Shown here one piece after another: positions 1-13,127 of a DNA stretch of 64,000 nucleotides. The notes under the pieces were generated by a model. It saw only the letters and a list, made by a program, of their open reading frames with translations, was not told the DNA's origin and did no database searches. Numbering within the stretch: position 1 is the stretch's first letter; each line of letters opens with the position of its first letter. The position numbers and the translations under genes are program-made. Source of the stretch: Lama glama (Eukaryota); assembly GCA_028534125.1 (NCBI GenBank), contig CM052818.1:436001-500000 (forward strand), written 5' to 3'.

Positions 1-1099
1 TGGGCAGCAAAAGCAACAGATACCTATGATATGTGCCCAGGAGAAAAAGCTAGGGCCTGCCATCACCACTGTGGGCACAAAGACCCAAGATGAGCAAGCT
101 AATGAAATACAAATGGAAACACCAGTGCTGCTGGCTTTAGATAAAAGCAGCTGGACTATGGGTTAGTAACCCTTTCACTCCCCAAAAGGTGGGTCACACT
201 TTCAGGCCATGGATAATTCTTCTATTTAATTTGCATTTATTGAGCACCTACTGTGTGCAGAGCCCTCTTCAAAATACACAGGAAGTAAATCCTATACTCT
301 CTGTCTCCAAGGAGGAAATAATGGAGTAAGAAAAAGAAACCATACTCCCGTGAAATAGCACAAGAGCAATTTCTTCGTAATAGATGACTGTACACAGAAT
401 GAGCACCAGCTCTATGCAGGAGTATTGAAGGAACCCAAGTGAGGGAGAAACCCAAGTTTTCATCTTAATTTATACTCTATTTATAATAGTTCTTTTTTTT
501 TTTGTATTTCACTTTTAATTCTTTCAACAAATATTTACTGTGTGCCTTCTAAGTGCCAAGCCCCATGTTATACTCCAGACACCTAGTTAGAAAGGTTTTC
601 CAGGATGTGTAAAATATTTCAAAAAGAAAATAAATTGAACATAAGGACAAAGAAATATAGACTACAAGGCTACAGTAAAGTGGATCCAGTAACAGAGCAA
701 AAAAAGCAAAACATAATCACTTACGTTCCCACCATGGGTAGGCCACGTGATGTGTAATGTCATAAATAATGTAAACACCTGTATATAAACCCAAACGGCG
801 CACAGAGGGTTCCGTTCTTCCATATAAAGATGGCCTCTCTCTGACGCACAAGACTTAGTAAAAGTAATTCTACTGGAACGCGGAGGGTGGGGGCAGGTCG
901 TGTAGTTCAGCTCAGATGCCTAGCTGTCTGTTAATCAGCTTAACCTACAGATGTATTTTGTCATATCTGGACTCAGATGGACTGCATGGATTCTAAACAA
1001 CTCCAGGTTTCTCTTTGGTGACATTTTAGTTAATATGTGGTGACAATGAACTTGGAATTGTGATCTTTGGCAAGTGCCTGGAATTCAGCTGCCATTCTT

Positions 1100-1233
1100 T
1101 TTTTTAATGGTGGGGAGGTAATTAGGTTTTTATTTATTTACTTATTTATTATTTTAGTGGAAGTGCTGGGGATTGAACCCAGGACCTTGTGCATGCTAAG
1201 TACACGCTCTACCACTGAGCTATGCTCTCCCCC
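1100..1233 (-). mobile_element. tRNA-Ala-derived SINE (camelid Vic-1-like)
   Basis: Minus strand gives a tRNA-Ala-like head (TAGCTCAGTGGTAGAG...GGTTCAATCCCCAG) and an AT-rich/poly(A) tail. TSD AGCTGCCATTCTT at 1087-1099 and 1239-1251. Confidence 0.85.
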
Positions 1234-2464
1234 TGCTTAGCTGCCATTCTTCACTGGGGGCTAAGTAAGACGGTTTTTGTTTTGTTTTAATAGAGCTCAT
1301 CAAGGTGGAGTAAGAGAGCCCGCCGCCCACTTAGCACATCGATTCCCACTTTACAGCAGAAAAGAGACTTGCAGTAACCACAAAGGGCTTCTGTACAGCA
1401 AATTTGGAGAATCACACTTGGACAATGCGGTTGTCTCCTCATTTATGAACTTGGCAATAACATGGGACTGCTTACCCAGGAAATAGCCTTAGTGTTAGAT
1501 ATTTTGATCTGTAGCCCTTCTTTCTGTTGCAATTAGCTGGTAGGGTCTGTTGCATATACAGACCATTCCTTGTCCAGGAAAATAAAGCCATGTATCATCA
1601 GAGTGAAAAAGAATGTCTCCTTTTCCTTTTTTTTTTTATAGCAAGAAGCTATGCAACTAACTCATCCAAAGATAGTATCAGATTTTTTTTGAATAAGTGG
1701 AAAAATACTAGTGTCAGAACTCAGCCTGGATCAGCCCTCAGGAAAGTTGTTCCCCCCCGTTCTGGCCCGTGAAGCAGGATAGCAGTGGCGAATCAATTTG
1801 TCTGTGGCCTAGACTGAGGAAAGATCAATAAAAGTTGCAGGCAGTTTGATAATATTCCTGCCACTGTAGGCAAACATTATAGCAGTGGCCGGTGGTGGAA
1901 TTACTGCTTAAAGACCAGATGGTTCCGTATGTCAAATGCTGATCTGAGAATCCTGGATTGACATGAATTGTTAAGGAGCTGGCATAGAGTTTGGGTTAAA
2001 AAATGGACTTTTAATTTGAGCTAGGAGAGGCACAAGTTGTCCTTACTCAAGGAAAAGAACCTGGACTCTGGGTCTAGTTAGACAGAACTAAGTCCGAGGA
2101 GTAAAATAGTGAATAATAAACACGATTAATAAATAAAACTGGGGTTTGGAGCCCATCATTCAGAAGGACCATTAAGAACTCAAGGCAAAAAGTCCCTATG
2201 GATGCTCTACTTAAGCTCAAGTTTTACTGTTGTCTGGGCAACGGAGAACCATAACTGGGCTCCAGTCAGAGACTGGCCTCATGTTTATAAAAACTGGGGC
2301 TGTTGATCTTGTTTCAAGAGAGCCAAGGAAGTGAACTTCCTAGGTGTTACTCAGCATTTGGTCCCATGCAAGCTCACTTCCCAGGATAACCGCTCAAAAG
2401 CCTCTTCCAGAGTCTGCCCTTGTTGCCAGATTCCATTCTCACCACAAGATATTATTGAACTAAA

Positions 2465-3150
2465 ATATTTCCCCAGTTTTATTGCAATATACTTGACAGA
2501 CAGCAATATATGTTTAAGGTATTAAACATAATGATTCAACTTACATACATGAAATGACGACCACAGTAGGTTTAGCGAACATCCATCATCTCATATAGAA
2601 ACAACATTAAGGAAACAGAAAAGGCAGCCAAGATAGCTCACTTGGGAGAGTGTTAGATTGAAGAAATGTTTTTTAAAAAATGTATTTTTCCCTTGTGATG
2701 AGAACTCTTAGGAGTTACTTAGGAGAGTTGTTACTCTCCTAACAACTTTCATTTGTAACGTACAGCAGTGTTCATTAGCATGTTGTACATTGCATCCCTA
2801 GTACTTACTTAAAACTGGAAGTCTGTACCTTTCGATCACCTTTATTCAATTCCCCCTCCCTCACCTCTGGTAACCTCTGATCTCTTTTTCCATGAGTTTG
2901 TTTATTTGTTTTTGAAGTATAATTGAGCTGCACTATGTTAGTTCCTGGTACACAACGGAGTGATCTGATATTTCTGTGCATCTCAAAATGAACCTCATGG
3001 TAAGTCTAGTGGTCACCTGTCAACATATGATGACGTTACATGATCATTGACTGTTTTCCCCACATGGTGTATTTCATACCTGTGATACTTGTTTTGTAAC
3101 TGAAAATGTGTACCTCTTCATCTCCCTCACCTATATCTCTCCTCCCCTCC
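2465..3150 (-). mobile_element. Old L1 3' UTR fragment (interrupted by a tRNA half)
   Basis: Antisense L1 3'-end text (ttttattgcaatatacttgaca...catccatcatctcatatag...cttgtgatgagaactcttagg). Boundaries are approximate. Confidence 0.6.
2627..2664 (+). pseudogene. 5'-half tRNA-Phe(GAA) retropseudogene (tailless)
   Basis: GCCAAGATAGCTCACTTGGGAGAGTGTTAGATTGAAGA matches 33 of the first 38 nt of mammalian tRNA-Phe GCCGAAATAGCTCAGTTGGGAGAGCGTTAGACTGAAGA (recalled). It stops just after the GAA anticodon. Confidence 0.8.
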
Positions 3151-4494
3151 CACTGGGGTAAAATATTTTTAAGACAGTGAAAAATGTATCCTACACCTTA
3201 ACTTTTATGAGGTCCTGAGTGGCTTTCCTAATTCGGTTTTTCACAACTTCTCCATGAAAGGTTATTCTGGCTACCCAAGACTTCTTTAACCAAAGGCAGG
3301 AGATGTAGGAGCTGTATTTTGTTAATTAATTTTGAAAATTTTGAAAATTAAGACTGATGGGTTCTAAATTATTTGCATTATGTTGTTACGGGAGAACCTC
3401 CCTTTCAGAACGCTATACGTGATGCTTGCACTTGTTCTCAGCTAGTACCAAATTGCAAATATATTTTTTGCCCTCAGCCCTAGGGGAGGGCGTTGAACTG
3501 AGGTTAAGAGCCGGCTCCAAAGCTAAATTGATCTGGGATGGATTCCTGGCTTCCTCACTTACTGCCCAAGTCACTTCAGTAAGTGCCTTACCCTCCCCTG
3601 CTTCAAAGTCCTCAGCTCTATAAAATGTGAAAAATACATTTAAATGTAGGAATGCACACCCAGGGCCCAGCACAATTTGTAGCACACAGACTCAACTCGG
3701 TAAACGGCAGCTATTGACCATAGCAACAATACCGACAACAACAAGGCCTAAGGCCAGTAGTTCGCCCCACGTCGCCCTTTGGGGGCTCTGGGCTTTCGGG
3801 GGGAACATCCTTGCCTCCCTAGAGAGATGGGCAGAGGATCCTAACAGCCCAGGCTCAGCTGAGGCCCTGTGCGCTGAGACCTCTCCCAGGGAAACCACAC
3901 CCCCTAGTCACAGAATGAAGGAGGGTGGCATCCTGCTTTCATTTAAAAGACGCCCTTCCAGGTGGGCAGGCCTGAAGTGTCAGATAGAGCCTGACTTTGA
4001 AGAACCATCCAGCAGGGAGGCTGTACCAGCTCTGCTTTGAAAGCCCTCCAGTGCCCCTTCCCGCATCCTCCTCTCTAGCTCCCCCTGTGCCCCCAGGAGG
4101 AGAATAATGGCCTGGGGCACCGCAGCACAAGGGCTTGCCGGGGAGGGATGAGTGCGGGAGTGGGGGAGGGGACTGCCCCATGACAAGGAAGGGAAGGAAT
4201 GAACGGGGATCCTTGGCACCTTCCGGGCCAGCCCAAGGCTCAGTGCTCGTAGAAAGTGGAGAGGGGTGTGTAATCCATTTCTAGCTCCTCCAGAGCTGGG
4301 GTCGTCGCTGAGGGCTAGCAGGAAAAGGCACGTATGTTTTTACTCAGCTGACTGGTAGGTTTCAGAGTTCTTCCTTCAGCTGTCATTTCTCCATTTAGCA
4401 CTGACTGTCCAAATACTTGCTTTCTCATTGCAATCACATGCAGGGTTTTCTGTATGTTCGGTACAAGCTGCTTCCCCCTCCAACTCCACGCTTT

Positions 4495-4642
4495 TTAAAA
4501 AAAAGATTTTGTTTTTGGAGAGGTAATCAGGTTTATTTATTTATTTCAATTCTTATTTATTTTTAAAATGGAGGTACTGGGGATTGAACCCAGGACTTTG
4601 TGCATGCTAAGCACATGCTTTACCACTGAGCTATAGCTGCCC
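4495..4642 (-). mobile_element. tRNA-Ala-derived SINE (Vic-1-like)
   Basis: Same family text as 1100-1233. TSD CTCCAC(G/A)CTTT at 4484-4494 and 4643-4653. Confidence 0.85.
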
Positions 4643-5309
4643 CTCCACACTTTCTCCATGTGGGGAATTTGGTCTAGTTCAAACACTTTCACCCTCCCTT
4701 ATCCCCATCTAGGGACACATCCTCCAGGGGTACACCCACAGCCTTTCTCTTGGGTTAGGTAATTGGCAAGAAGGCTCAGTCCCAATCACCTTCCCTGTGC
4801 CCACTGGACCTGCGAGGTCACTCCAAGTGGGGGGTGTCCAGTCTGCTCCACAGACTTCACCGTCTGCCTCGTCTCAGATGCGCTCAGGGCTGATCAATAC
4901 AGCCGCTGTACTGGCAGACACCCAAAAGGGGAAGGGGAGCTGTTGTGGGCACCTGGATCTTCCTCTGGGAATCCCCCTTACCCCTTACTTGGCAGGGCAT
5001 TACTTACTTGCAGCCCTCCCCTCCTCACAGAGAAAGGAGAGGGTCCCTTCTCACCATAATACTGCCCTCCCCACAAGGCTGAGAACTCCAACCGGGACGG
5101 TTCAGTCTCCTCTCCGTAGTTTTCTCACATAGGCGTCTGGAGGCAGGGCTGCTCCCAGAAAGAAGGGTGGCTAAGCTGCCCCTCGGTGAGCCCGGGGGAG
5201 GTGCTGGGCTCTGTGTTTTGGCCATCTCCTAGAGCTTGCTGTTTGCAGCTGGGACCATAGTGACTATCCAGGGAAACAAAAATGTTCGCTCAACATTCAG
5301 TACACAGAG

Positions 5310-5491
5310 ACGATTTAATCCTGTTGTTTGAATCCTCTTAAATCCTCCCTGATTTTTCATCTCTTTGTTCTATCAGTTACTGAGAGTTTTCTTAGTGTTA
5401 AAAAATCTCTCAGTGTGATTGCAAATTTGTCTATTTCTCCTTTTTGTTTGGTCAACTTTTGCTCCCACTGTGTGTGTGTGTGTGTGTGTGT

Positions 5492-5522
<31 letters not shown>

Positions 5523-7000
5523 CGTGCGTGTGCGTGTGTGTGTGTGTGTATTAGGTGCACATAAATGTGGAATTGTTATATTCTCTGATGGCCTGACCCT
5601 TTTATATTATAAAATGTTTCTTTATCTTTATGACTGCCCTAAGACCTACTTTGATCTTAGTATAAATTTCTTTTGAGGAGTGCTTCTTACTTTTATTTCT
5701 ACTGAATCTTTGCATTTCAGGTGTATCTCTTACAAGCAATAGGTTGTCAATTTAATATCATTAACTATCCAGTCAAACAATCTTAATCTTTAAATAGGAA
5801 TATTTACTCAATTTAAGTTAATGTGATTCCTGATCTATCTGGGCATCAGATTACCACCTTACGATTTGTTTTCTATTTTTCTCACCTGTTTTGTCTTTCT
5901 ATTTTTCTCCTTACTTGATTTCTTTTGAATTAATGGAGTATCTTTTTTCTTTATCTTAGTTGTTTTCTCCTCTATTAGCTTAGTAGTGATACATCCTTTT
6001 CCTTTTAGAGACTACTCTAGATATTATAACATTCACCCTTGACTTATTAACATGTCATGCAAAACAGTAACTTCCCTCCTTCCAAGACAACACGAGGAAC
6101 TTAGAACACTTCAGCCCCATTTATCCCCTCCCGACTTTGTTGTGTATTATAATTCTATGTATATTTTACATATATTTTAAAGCCCACAAGACATTATTAT
6201 TTTTGTTCTGTACAGTCAATATTCATGCAATACTAACCCTTTTCATTGTTCTCCATTTGTTCCTGAATTTCTGTGCCTCCTACTGGGATAATTTTCCTTC
6301 TGCCTAAAGAATTCTCCATAAGGCATAAGGATGATTCATAGGTTATATAGTTATAAATCACATCTATTTTCATTCAGCATTTTAAAGGTAACATTCCATT
6401 GTGAAAAGTCAGCTGTCAGTCTCACTGCTGTTCTTTTGAAGGTAACATTTTCCCCCAATTGCTTGTAAATTACGCTCTATCTTAGTTCCACTATGATGTG
6501 TCTAAGAGTGATTTTCTTTGTATTTATCCTACTTGCGATACAGAGTACTTCTTGAATCTGTAGCTCAATTGTATTTCATCCATTTTGGAAATTTCTTGAC
6601 ATTATTTTTCAATTTTTTTTTTGTCTCTTTCTTTTGCTCTTCTTTTTCTAGGATTGCAATTATACATGTTAGACCTTTTCACCATATTCTAAATCTCTTT
6701 TTTGTATTTTTCCTATTTTTCCAAAATATGGATCATCTGTGATCTATTTTTATTGTTTGCTTTTTTCTCTTTCAGTCTTGTTTCCTGGTATTCCTGATAA
6801 TTTTTCAACTGAATGCCAGATACTGTGAACAAATATTTGTAGAGGCTTTTAATAGTGTTATCTTCCTCTGGAGAGGATTTACTCAAAATTTTGGCAGGTA
6901 GAGATCACCTTATTCCAGCCTGGAATTGAACTTATTTTAATCTGGAGGCAGTCTTTGCGAGGCCTGGACTATTTTTGGCTTGCTCTTATTCCCTAGAGCA
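5310..7000 (-). mobile_element. Degraded old L1 (L1M-type) fragments
   Basis: T-rich antisense L1-like text. Boundaries are approximate. Confidence 0.5.
5470..5549. repeat. Compound (TG)n/(CGTG)n microsatellite
   Basis: Directly visible. Confidence 0.95.
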
Positions 7001-7016
7001 TGTTTTTTTTTATGGA

Positions 7017-7052
7017 ACCTACATTAGTTAGAGTTGTCCAAAGAAATAGATT

Positions 7053-7100
<48 letters not shown>

Positions 7101-7457
7101 TGTACCTACATTAGTTAGAGTTGTCCAAAGAAGTAGATTAGAGTGTGTGTGTGTGTGTGTGTGTGTACCTACAGCCAGCAGGCTGCAGACCCAGGGAGGA
7201 ATTGCAGTTTGAGTCCGAAGGTGGTCTGCTGGCAGAATTTTCTCTCCCAGGAAGATCAGTGTTTTTCTGTTAAGGCCATCGACTGAATGGATGAGACCCA
7301 CTCACACTACAGAAGATAATTTGCATCACCCAAAGTCTACTGACTTCAATATTAATCTCATCTAAAAAATTCCTTCACCCAAAAACGTCAGTTAATATTT
7401 GACCAAATATCTGGGTATTGTGGCCGAGCCAAGTTAACCCACAATGTTAACCATCAC
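7017..7457 (-). mobile_element. MLT2-type ERVL LTR with tandemly duplicated end and (TG)n tracts
   Basis: gcagtttgagtccgaagg...gactgaatggatgagacccac...tttgaccaaatatctggg...ttaaccatcac is characteristic MLT2 text. Confidence 0.7.
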
Positions 7458-9032
7458 GGGTCCCGTTGGAGAGCCTGGAGCGTTCGATGGTACCCCTTCC
7501 TCCACGATGGGCTCTGAACGCCAATATTTTTCTCCCTAGCCTCGTAAGTCTGCCCAAAGTACTGATAAGCTTCTCATTCTCTTAGTTACTTCTTCTTGCC
7601 CAATTTCTTGACCTCTGTTCTGTGCTGCTTGAACACTGAAAGATGTCTCAAGAGGAAAATGGCATAGAATTTCAGCCTCACCCAAATGAGTTTTCTCTCT
7701 CTAGAAATCCAGTCTCTTTTGTCCTGTCTGTTTTGGCAGTTCTCTGGGGACTTCAGACAGGTGTTTTCATGTTTTATCCAAGAGAGGGGATCACTGAGAT
7801 GCTGAAAAGACATTTTATTAAATCTAACCCCCTAATTAATAACTCTTCATAAACCTATAGTGGAACAATACTTCCATCATGTGAAAAATAATGTGTATTA
7901 TATCGAACAATATTTAATAGGGAAGCACTAGAGTACAGTCCTCGCTGGGTACTGGGAGCACGCTTCAGTACTACCTGTATAACTAACGGAACTCAGCAGC
8001 CCGGGTCCCACCTCAGATTTAATGAAGCAGAACCCGTGGGGTTATAGGGGGTGGTTAAGGACATTGAACTACAGGCATTCTCATTAAAGACCAGGATGCC
8101 GTTTGTAAGAGCAGAACATTAAACGTTGTTCTGAGTGTTCTACATACTGTAATAAAAATAAGAAACTAAATAAAAAGTAGAGGTATTGTTTGAAATAAAT
8201 ATTATTTTCAGATGACGTTACCTGCTCAAAAAAAACCCTTCAAACGAATGAGAGAGTTTAGCAAGATAATTAGATATGTGTGTATAATAATATAGTATAT
8301 GTGTATCTAATAAAATGTATATTTTCCTATATGTCAGTAACCACATAGAAAATATAACACAAATGTTAATATAATAGCATCCAAAAATGTAAAAACCTAA
8401 TTTGAAAAACAGAACTGTGCAGGATCTATATGATGAAAACTTGGAGATGTTATTAAGGAACATAAAGAAAGTTCTGAATAAATGAAAAGACATAAACAGA
8501 AAGTCCAACAATGTAAAGGTATAAACATTTTCTAAATTCATACATAATTTCAGTGTAACCAATTAGGACCTCATCTTTTTCAGCGGATGTGGTAAGAGAA
8601 TTTCACAAAATGATTTTTTACAAGTTTTTCTAGAAAATAACTGAACAATAATAACCAAGAAATGTTTGAAAGAGAATGACAATGCAATATTTACTTCAGC
8701 AGATGTTAAAACCTAGAGTTATATTTAAAATGGTGAGATATTGGTGCAGAAATAGGCAAATGGGGGGAACAGAATATAGAACGAGAGAGTATTTTAAATC
8801 ATGGAGATGATGTTGACTAGTTGATAAATGATGCTGACTAGTTAACAAATAGTCTTGGGTAATAGACTTAAGGGAACAGGGGAGACAGGGGAGTTTGATA
8901 CCTACCTCTTGTTTACATTAGAATAAATTTCAGCTGGATGAAATAAAGAGTTCAGTATAAGAAATGAAATAACAAAAGTGCCAGAATAAAAACTGTAGGT
9001 GAATATTTACATAATTGTAAGAAGAAGACATT

Positions 9033-9189
9033 ATTTTTTAACATCTTTTATTGATTTATAATCATTTTACAGTGTTGTGTCAAATTCCAGTGTAGAGCAC
9101 AATTTTTCAGTTATACATGAACATATACATATTCATTGTCACATTTTTTTCTCTGTGAGCTACCACAAGATCTTGTATATATTTCCCTG
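9033..9189 (-). mobile_element. Short 5'-truncated lineage-specific L1 3' end
   Basis: Highly similar to 25650-25803 in this window. TSD GAAGACATT at 9024-9032 and 9190-9198. Confidence 0.85.
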
Positions 9190-10659
9190 GAAGACATTTT
9201 TTAAAACATGGCCCAAAGATACATACCATGAATGATAAACAGATACTATTATGTCCAAAGTTAAAACTAGTATTTTCACTAGTGCTTAATTTGGGAGGAT
9301 TTTTGACTGGGAGAGGTTACATGGAAACCTGATATGGGTAGTGATTGTATGGGTATACATACTCATTGAGCACTTAAAATTTGTGTACTTTTCTTTATGT
9401 GTGTTATCCTTCAATTAAAAAATTTTAAAGTAAAACTATTTGGGAAAATATATCATGAAAATAATTTTTAAAGAAATGAAAATGTAGAATAAATATTTGC
9501 AACATTCACAACATACAAATATTAATTAATATCTTAAATATATAGAGTTATTGTAAATCAATAAGAAAAGATTGGCACCCTGATAGAAATGTAAACAACT
9601 CAATCACACAACTCACAAAAGAAGAGATACAAATTAACAATAAATAAGAAAAGGTGCATAACTCACTAATAACCAGATAAACGCAAATTGAAACCCAGCA
9701 CTATTTTCACCTATTAGGTTGTGAAGATTAAAAGGTTTGATGCTCTCCAGCGAGATTCTAAGTGAGCACTCCTGTGCCTGAGGGGGAGAATAAATTGCAA
9801 TTACTTTCTGAAGGTCTGGCTTAGCAAAATGATTTATAATTAAAATGTACATCCTACTTCACCGAGAAATTTCTCCTTTTGGAATGATCTAAGGAGATAA
9901 TCTCACAACACAAACATAAGTAACAGCGTATTCATCACAATATTGTTTACAACAGTGACAAAGTGGAAATTACTTATACAGCCAGTCAGTAAAGGACTAG
10001 TTTGATAAGTACATTGAAATATGTGCAGCCAATAAAATAGATGATGATGAAAATCTAAGGACATAGGAAAAAGAAAAATTCCAAGACATTTTGTTAAGTG
10101 AGAAAAGTGGGGCTTGTTTATTTCTTCATTTAACAAATAGCTATTTCTTAAGGACCCACAGGTGTCAGGACCTCCTCTAGTCATAGGGAATACAGCAGTG
10201 AGCAGAAAAGCAAAGAACAGTTCCTTTTGTTGCCTCCCCAGAGCTGATGTTCTAGTAGCAAATGAAAGATAATTAACAAATGAAATACATTTTGTAGTAT
10301 ATACAGTGTGTAGGTATGTACAGTGTGTACAGTAGGATAGCTGTGCCTTTGAATTGAAGAATGTCTGCCAAGCGCTTAGTTCACAATGGTTATCTGGATG
10401 GTGGGGACTTCTATTTTCTACTTCATATTTTTTTTTCCTGAAAAGTTTTGAATAAGTACTCCTTTTAAATGAGAAGAAAATGAATGAATTTCTATTTTGA
10501 CAAAAATAAAATGGCAAAATTTTATTTTAAAGAGGGCCTGAATAAATGATATTTGCTATTTCCTTCCCTCAAAGAACTGAATAGACCAACAACTGTGAAG
10601 TGCAAGAAAATTTTTGACAGGAAAAAGAAGTGCTCAAATGCAAATCAAAACCACAATGA

Positions 10660-11466
10660 TGTGAAGCAATAGGAACTCTACAAAATGGTACAGCCACTTT
10701 GGAAAGCAGTTTGGTAATTGTTTTACAAAACCAAACATGCTCTCATCATATGATCGAGCAATTGCAATCCTGGTATTTACTCAAATGAGTTGAAAACTTA
10801 CATCCACACAAAAACCTGCTCAAGGATGTTTAGAGAAGCTTTATTCAAAATTGACGAACTTGGAAGCATCAAGATGTCCTTCAGTAGGTTAATGGATAAA
10901 CTGTGGTACATCCAGACAATGGAATATTTTTCACCACTGAAAAAGAAATGAGCTATCGAACCATCAAGAGACATGAAGGAATCTTAAATGCATATGATGT
11001 GAAAGAAGCCAGTCTGAAAAGGTTACATACTGTACAATGCAAACTATATGGCGTTCTCGAAAAAGCAAAACTGTGGAGACTATAAAAAGATCAGTGATTG
11101 CCAGGGGTTGGAAGGTGGGGAGGGGTGAATGGGTGGAGCACAGAGGATTTTTTAGGACAATGATTCTATCATTTATGATGCTGTAATGATGGATACATGA
11201 TACTACACATTTGTCAAAACCTATAGAATGTACAACACCAAAAGTGAACTCTAATGTAAACTACGGACTTTGGGTGATAATGATACGTCATTGTAGTTTC
11301 ATCAATTTTAACACACGTACCACTCTGGCTGGGGATGTTGCTACGGGGAAGGCTATGCATATGTGGGGGGAAGGGATATATGGGAAATCTCTGTACTTTC
11401 AGTTCAATTTTTCTATAAACCTAAATTACTCTAAAAAATAAAGTCTATTTAATTTTTTTAAAACTA
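10660..11466 (+). mobile_element. L1 3' region nested in another L1
   Basis: ORF2 C-terminal remnant and 3' UTR ending aataaagtctattt. Flanked by repeated CACAATGA (10652-10659 and 11467-11474), which splits the host L1 text aaaaccacaatga|gataccacctcacacc. Confidence 0.7.
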
Positions 11467-12185
11467 CACAATGAGATACCACCTCACACCTATAAGGATG
11501 GCTATTTTCCAATAATGTTGGTGAGGAAGTGGAGAAATTGGAACCCTTGTGTACAGTTGGTGGGAATGTAAAATGGTGTAGCTGCTGTGGAATACAGTGT
11601 GGCAGTTCCTGAAAAAATTAAAAACAGAATCGCCATGTGGTCCAGCAATTTCACTTTCGAGTATACACTCAAAAGAATTGAAAGCAGGATCTCAAAGAGG
11701 TTGGTATGCCCATGTTTAAAGCAGCATTATTCACAGTAGCCAAGAGGTGAAAATAACCCAGCTGTCTCTCAACAGATGAATGGATAAGCAAATCGTGGTA
11801 CATACGTACAATGGAATGCTACTCAGCCTTAAAAAGAAAGGGCATTCTGACACCTGCTACAACATGAATGAACCTTGAGGACATCACGCTGAGTGAAATA
11901 CGCCAGTCACACACAAACACAAGTGTCGTATGATTCCACGTACGTGATGTACCCAGGGTTGCCAAATCCAGACAGAAAGTAGAAAGATGGCTATCAGCGG
12001 GGCTAGGGAGTTGCGGTTTACTGGGTACTGTGTTTCAGTTTTGCAAGACGAAATCATTCTGGAGACTGTTTTGCACAACGAAGTGAATATACTTAATACT
12101 ACTGTACACTTAAAATGGTTAAGATGGTAAATCTTATGTTATGTCTATTTTAGCACAATGAAAAATAAAATAGAAAATAAAAGAA
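11467..12185 (+). mobile_element. L1 (L1MA/MB-like) ORF2 3' end and UTR
   Basis: gataccacctcacacc...ggagaaattggaaccctt...gcagcattattcacagtagcc...A-rich tail. Confidence 0.8.
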
Positions 12186-13127
12186 CTAATGATATTATGA
12201 AACACAGACACCAAAAAGGAAAGACATCTGACTGAACTCCAATAAGGCAAATGCCACCAGACAAAACCAAAGAGTCAATGTTAAACCGCGGGGGCGGAGG
12301 GGAGGCTATTTGCAGCTATTGTGATAAATGAAAGGCTAATGGTATCACCAAGGAACCATTCCAAGAACTCTTAGAACTCAAAAAGATAAAGCAAACCGTA
12401 CAATAGAAAATTTTCCACACAGATATACTCACACACGTGCACCAAAGCACAATATATGAAGTTTTATTAATTGCAGCAATGTTTGCATAAGTGAAAATTG
12501 GAAATGACTCAAGATTGCATCATAGGATATTGGTTAAAAATCTTACGATATAGCCCACTGTGGAAAACTATGTTAAGATTTTAAAAATTATATGAACTAA
12601 TTTGAACAGATCCAAGGGTATTATTAAGAGAGCATGACAAATGTCAGAATAGCTGTAAAAACATATGTTGTAACATAATCCCATTTTTATAGAGTAATAT
12701 GAAAGAGGAATAAAACATGGGGAAAAATTCTGAAAGAATCCGTATGATACTGTTAAGGGCAGCTAAGCCCTCTCTGACTCAGGTCTGTATGAAATTGCAG
12801 GGGACATTTGCTTTCTAAAATACACATTTTTGTATTTTTTTTTGACTTTTTGGCATGATTTTTGAAATCAGGAAAATATCAAAGATATAACTAATTAAGG
12901 GTGGGAATTCCTCATACTATAAAAAACTGAGTACCTCTGGCAGCCGGTTTGGCCTCTGGCGTCCTCCACCTATTTCTATCAGAGTCAAGGCAGTCTTCAC
13001 CTTTCTAAGCATTTCCTGAGGGCTTCAGTTTATTTAGATAAACTCTGATCTCTGGACTGTTTGGACCCTGAATCACAACCAGTCCCTTTGATTACAGGCT
13101 CTTTATTGTCTATAAGATGACTTTGCC

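Noticed and set aside
1880..1960. RPDGSV…ADLR peptide faintly like an LTR-retrotransposon RT motif
   Set aside because: It needs a frameshift and has no supporting motifs such as YxDD. The region 900-2450 stays unassigned, and a Dfam/TBLASTN search would be needed.
9903..10517. 204-aa minus-strand ORF (and the similar 230-aa ORF at 49240-49932)
   Set aside because: Both lie in degraded L1/L2 repeat DNA with no protein-like motifs or splice context.
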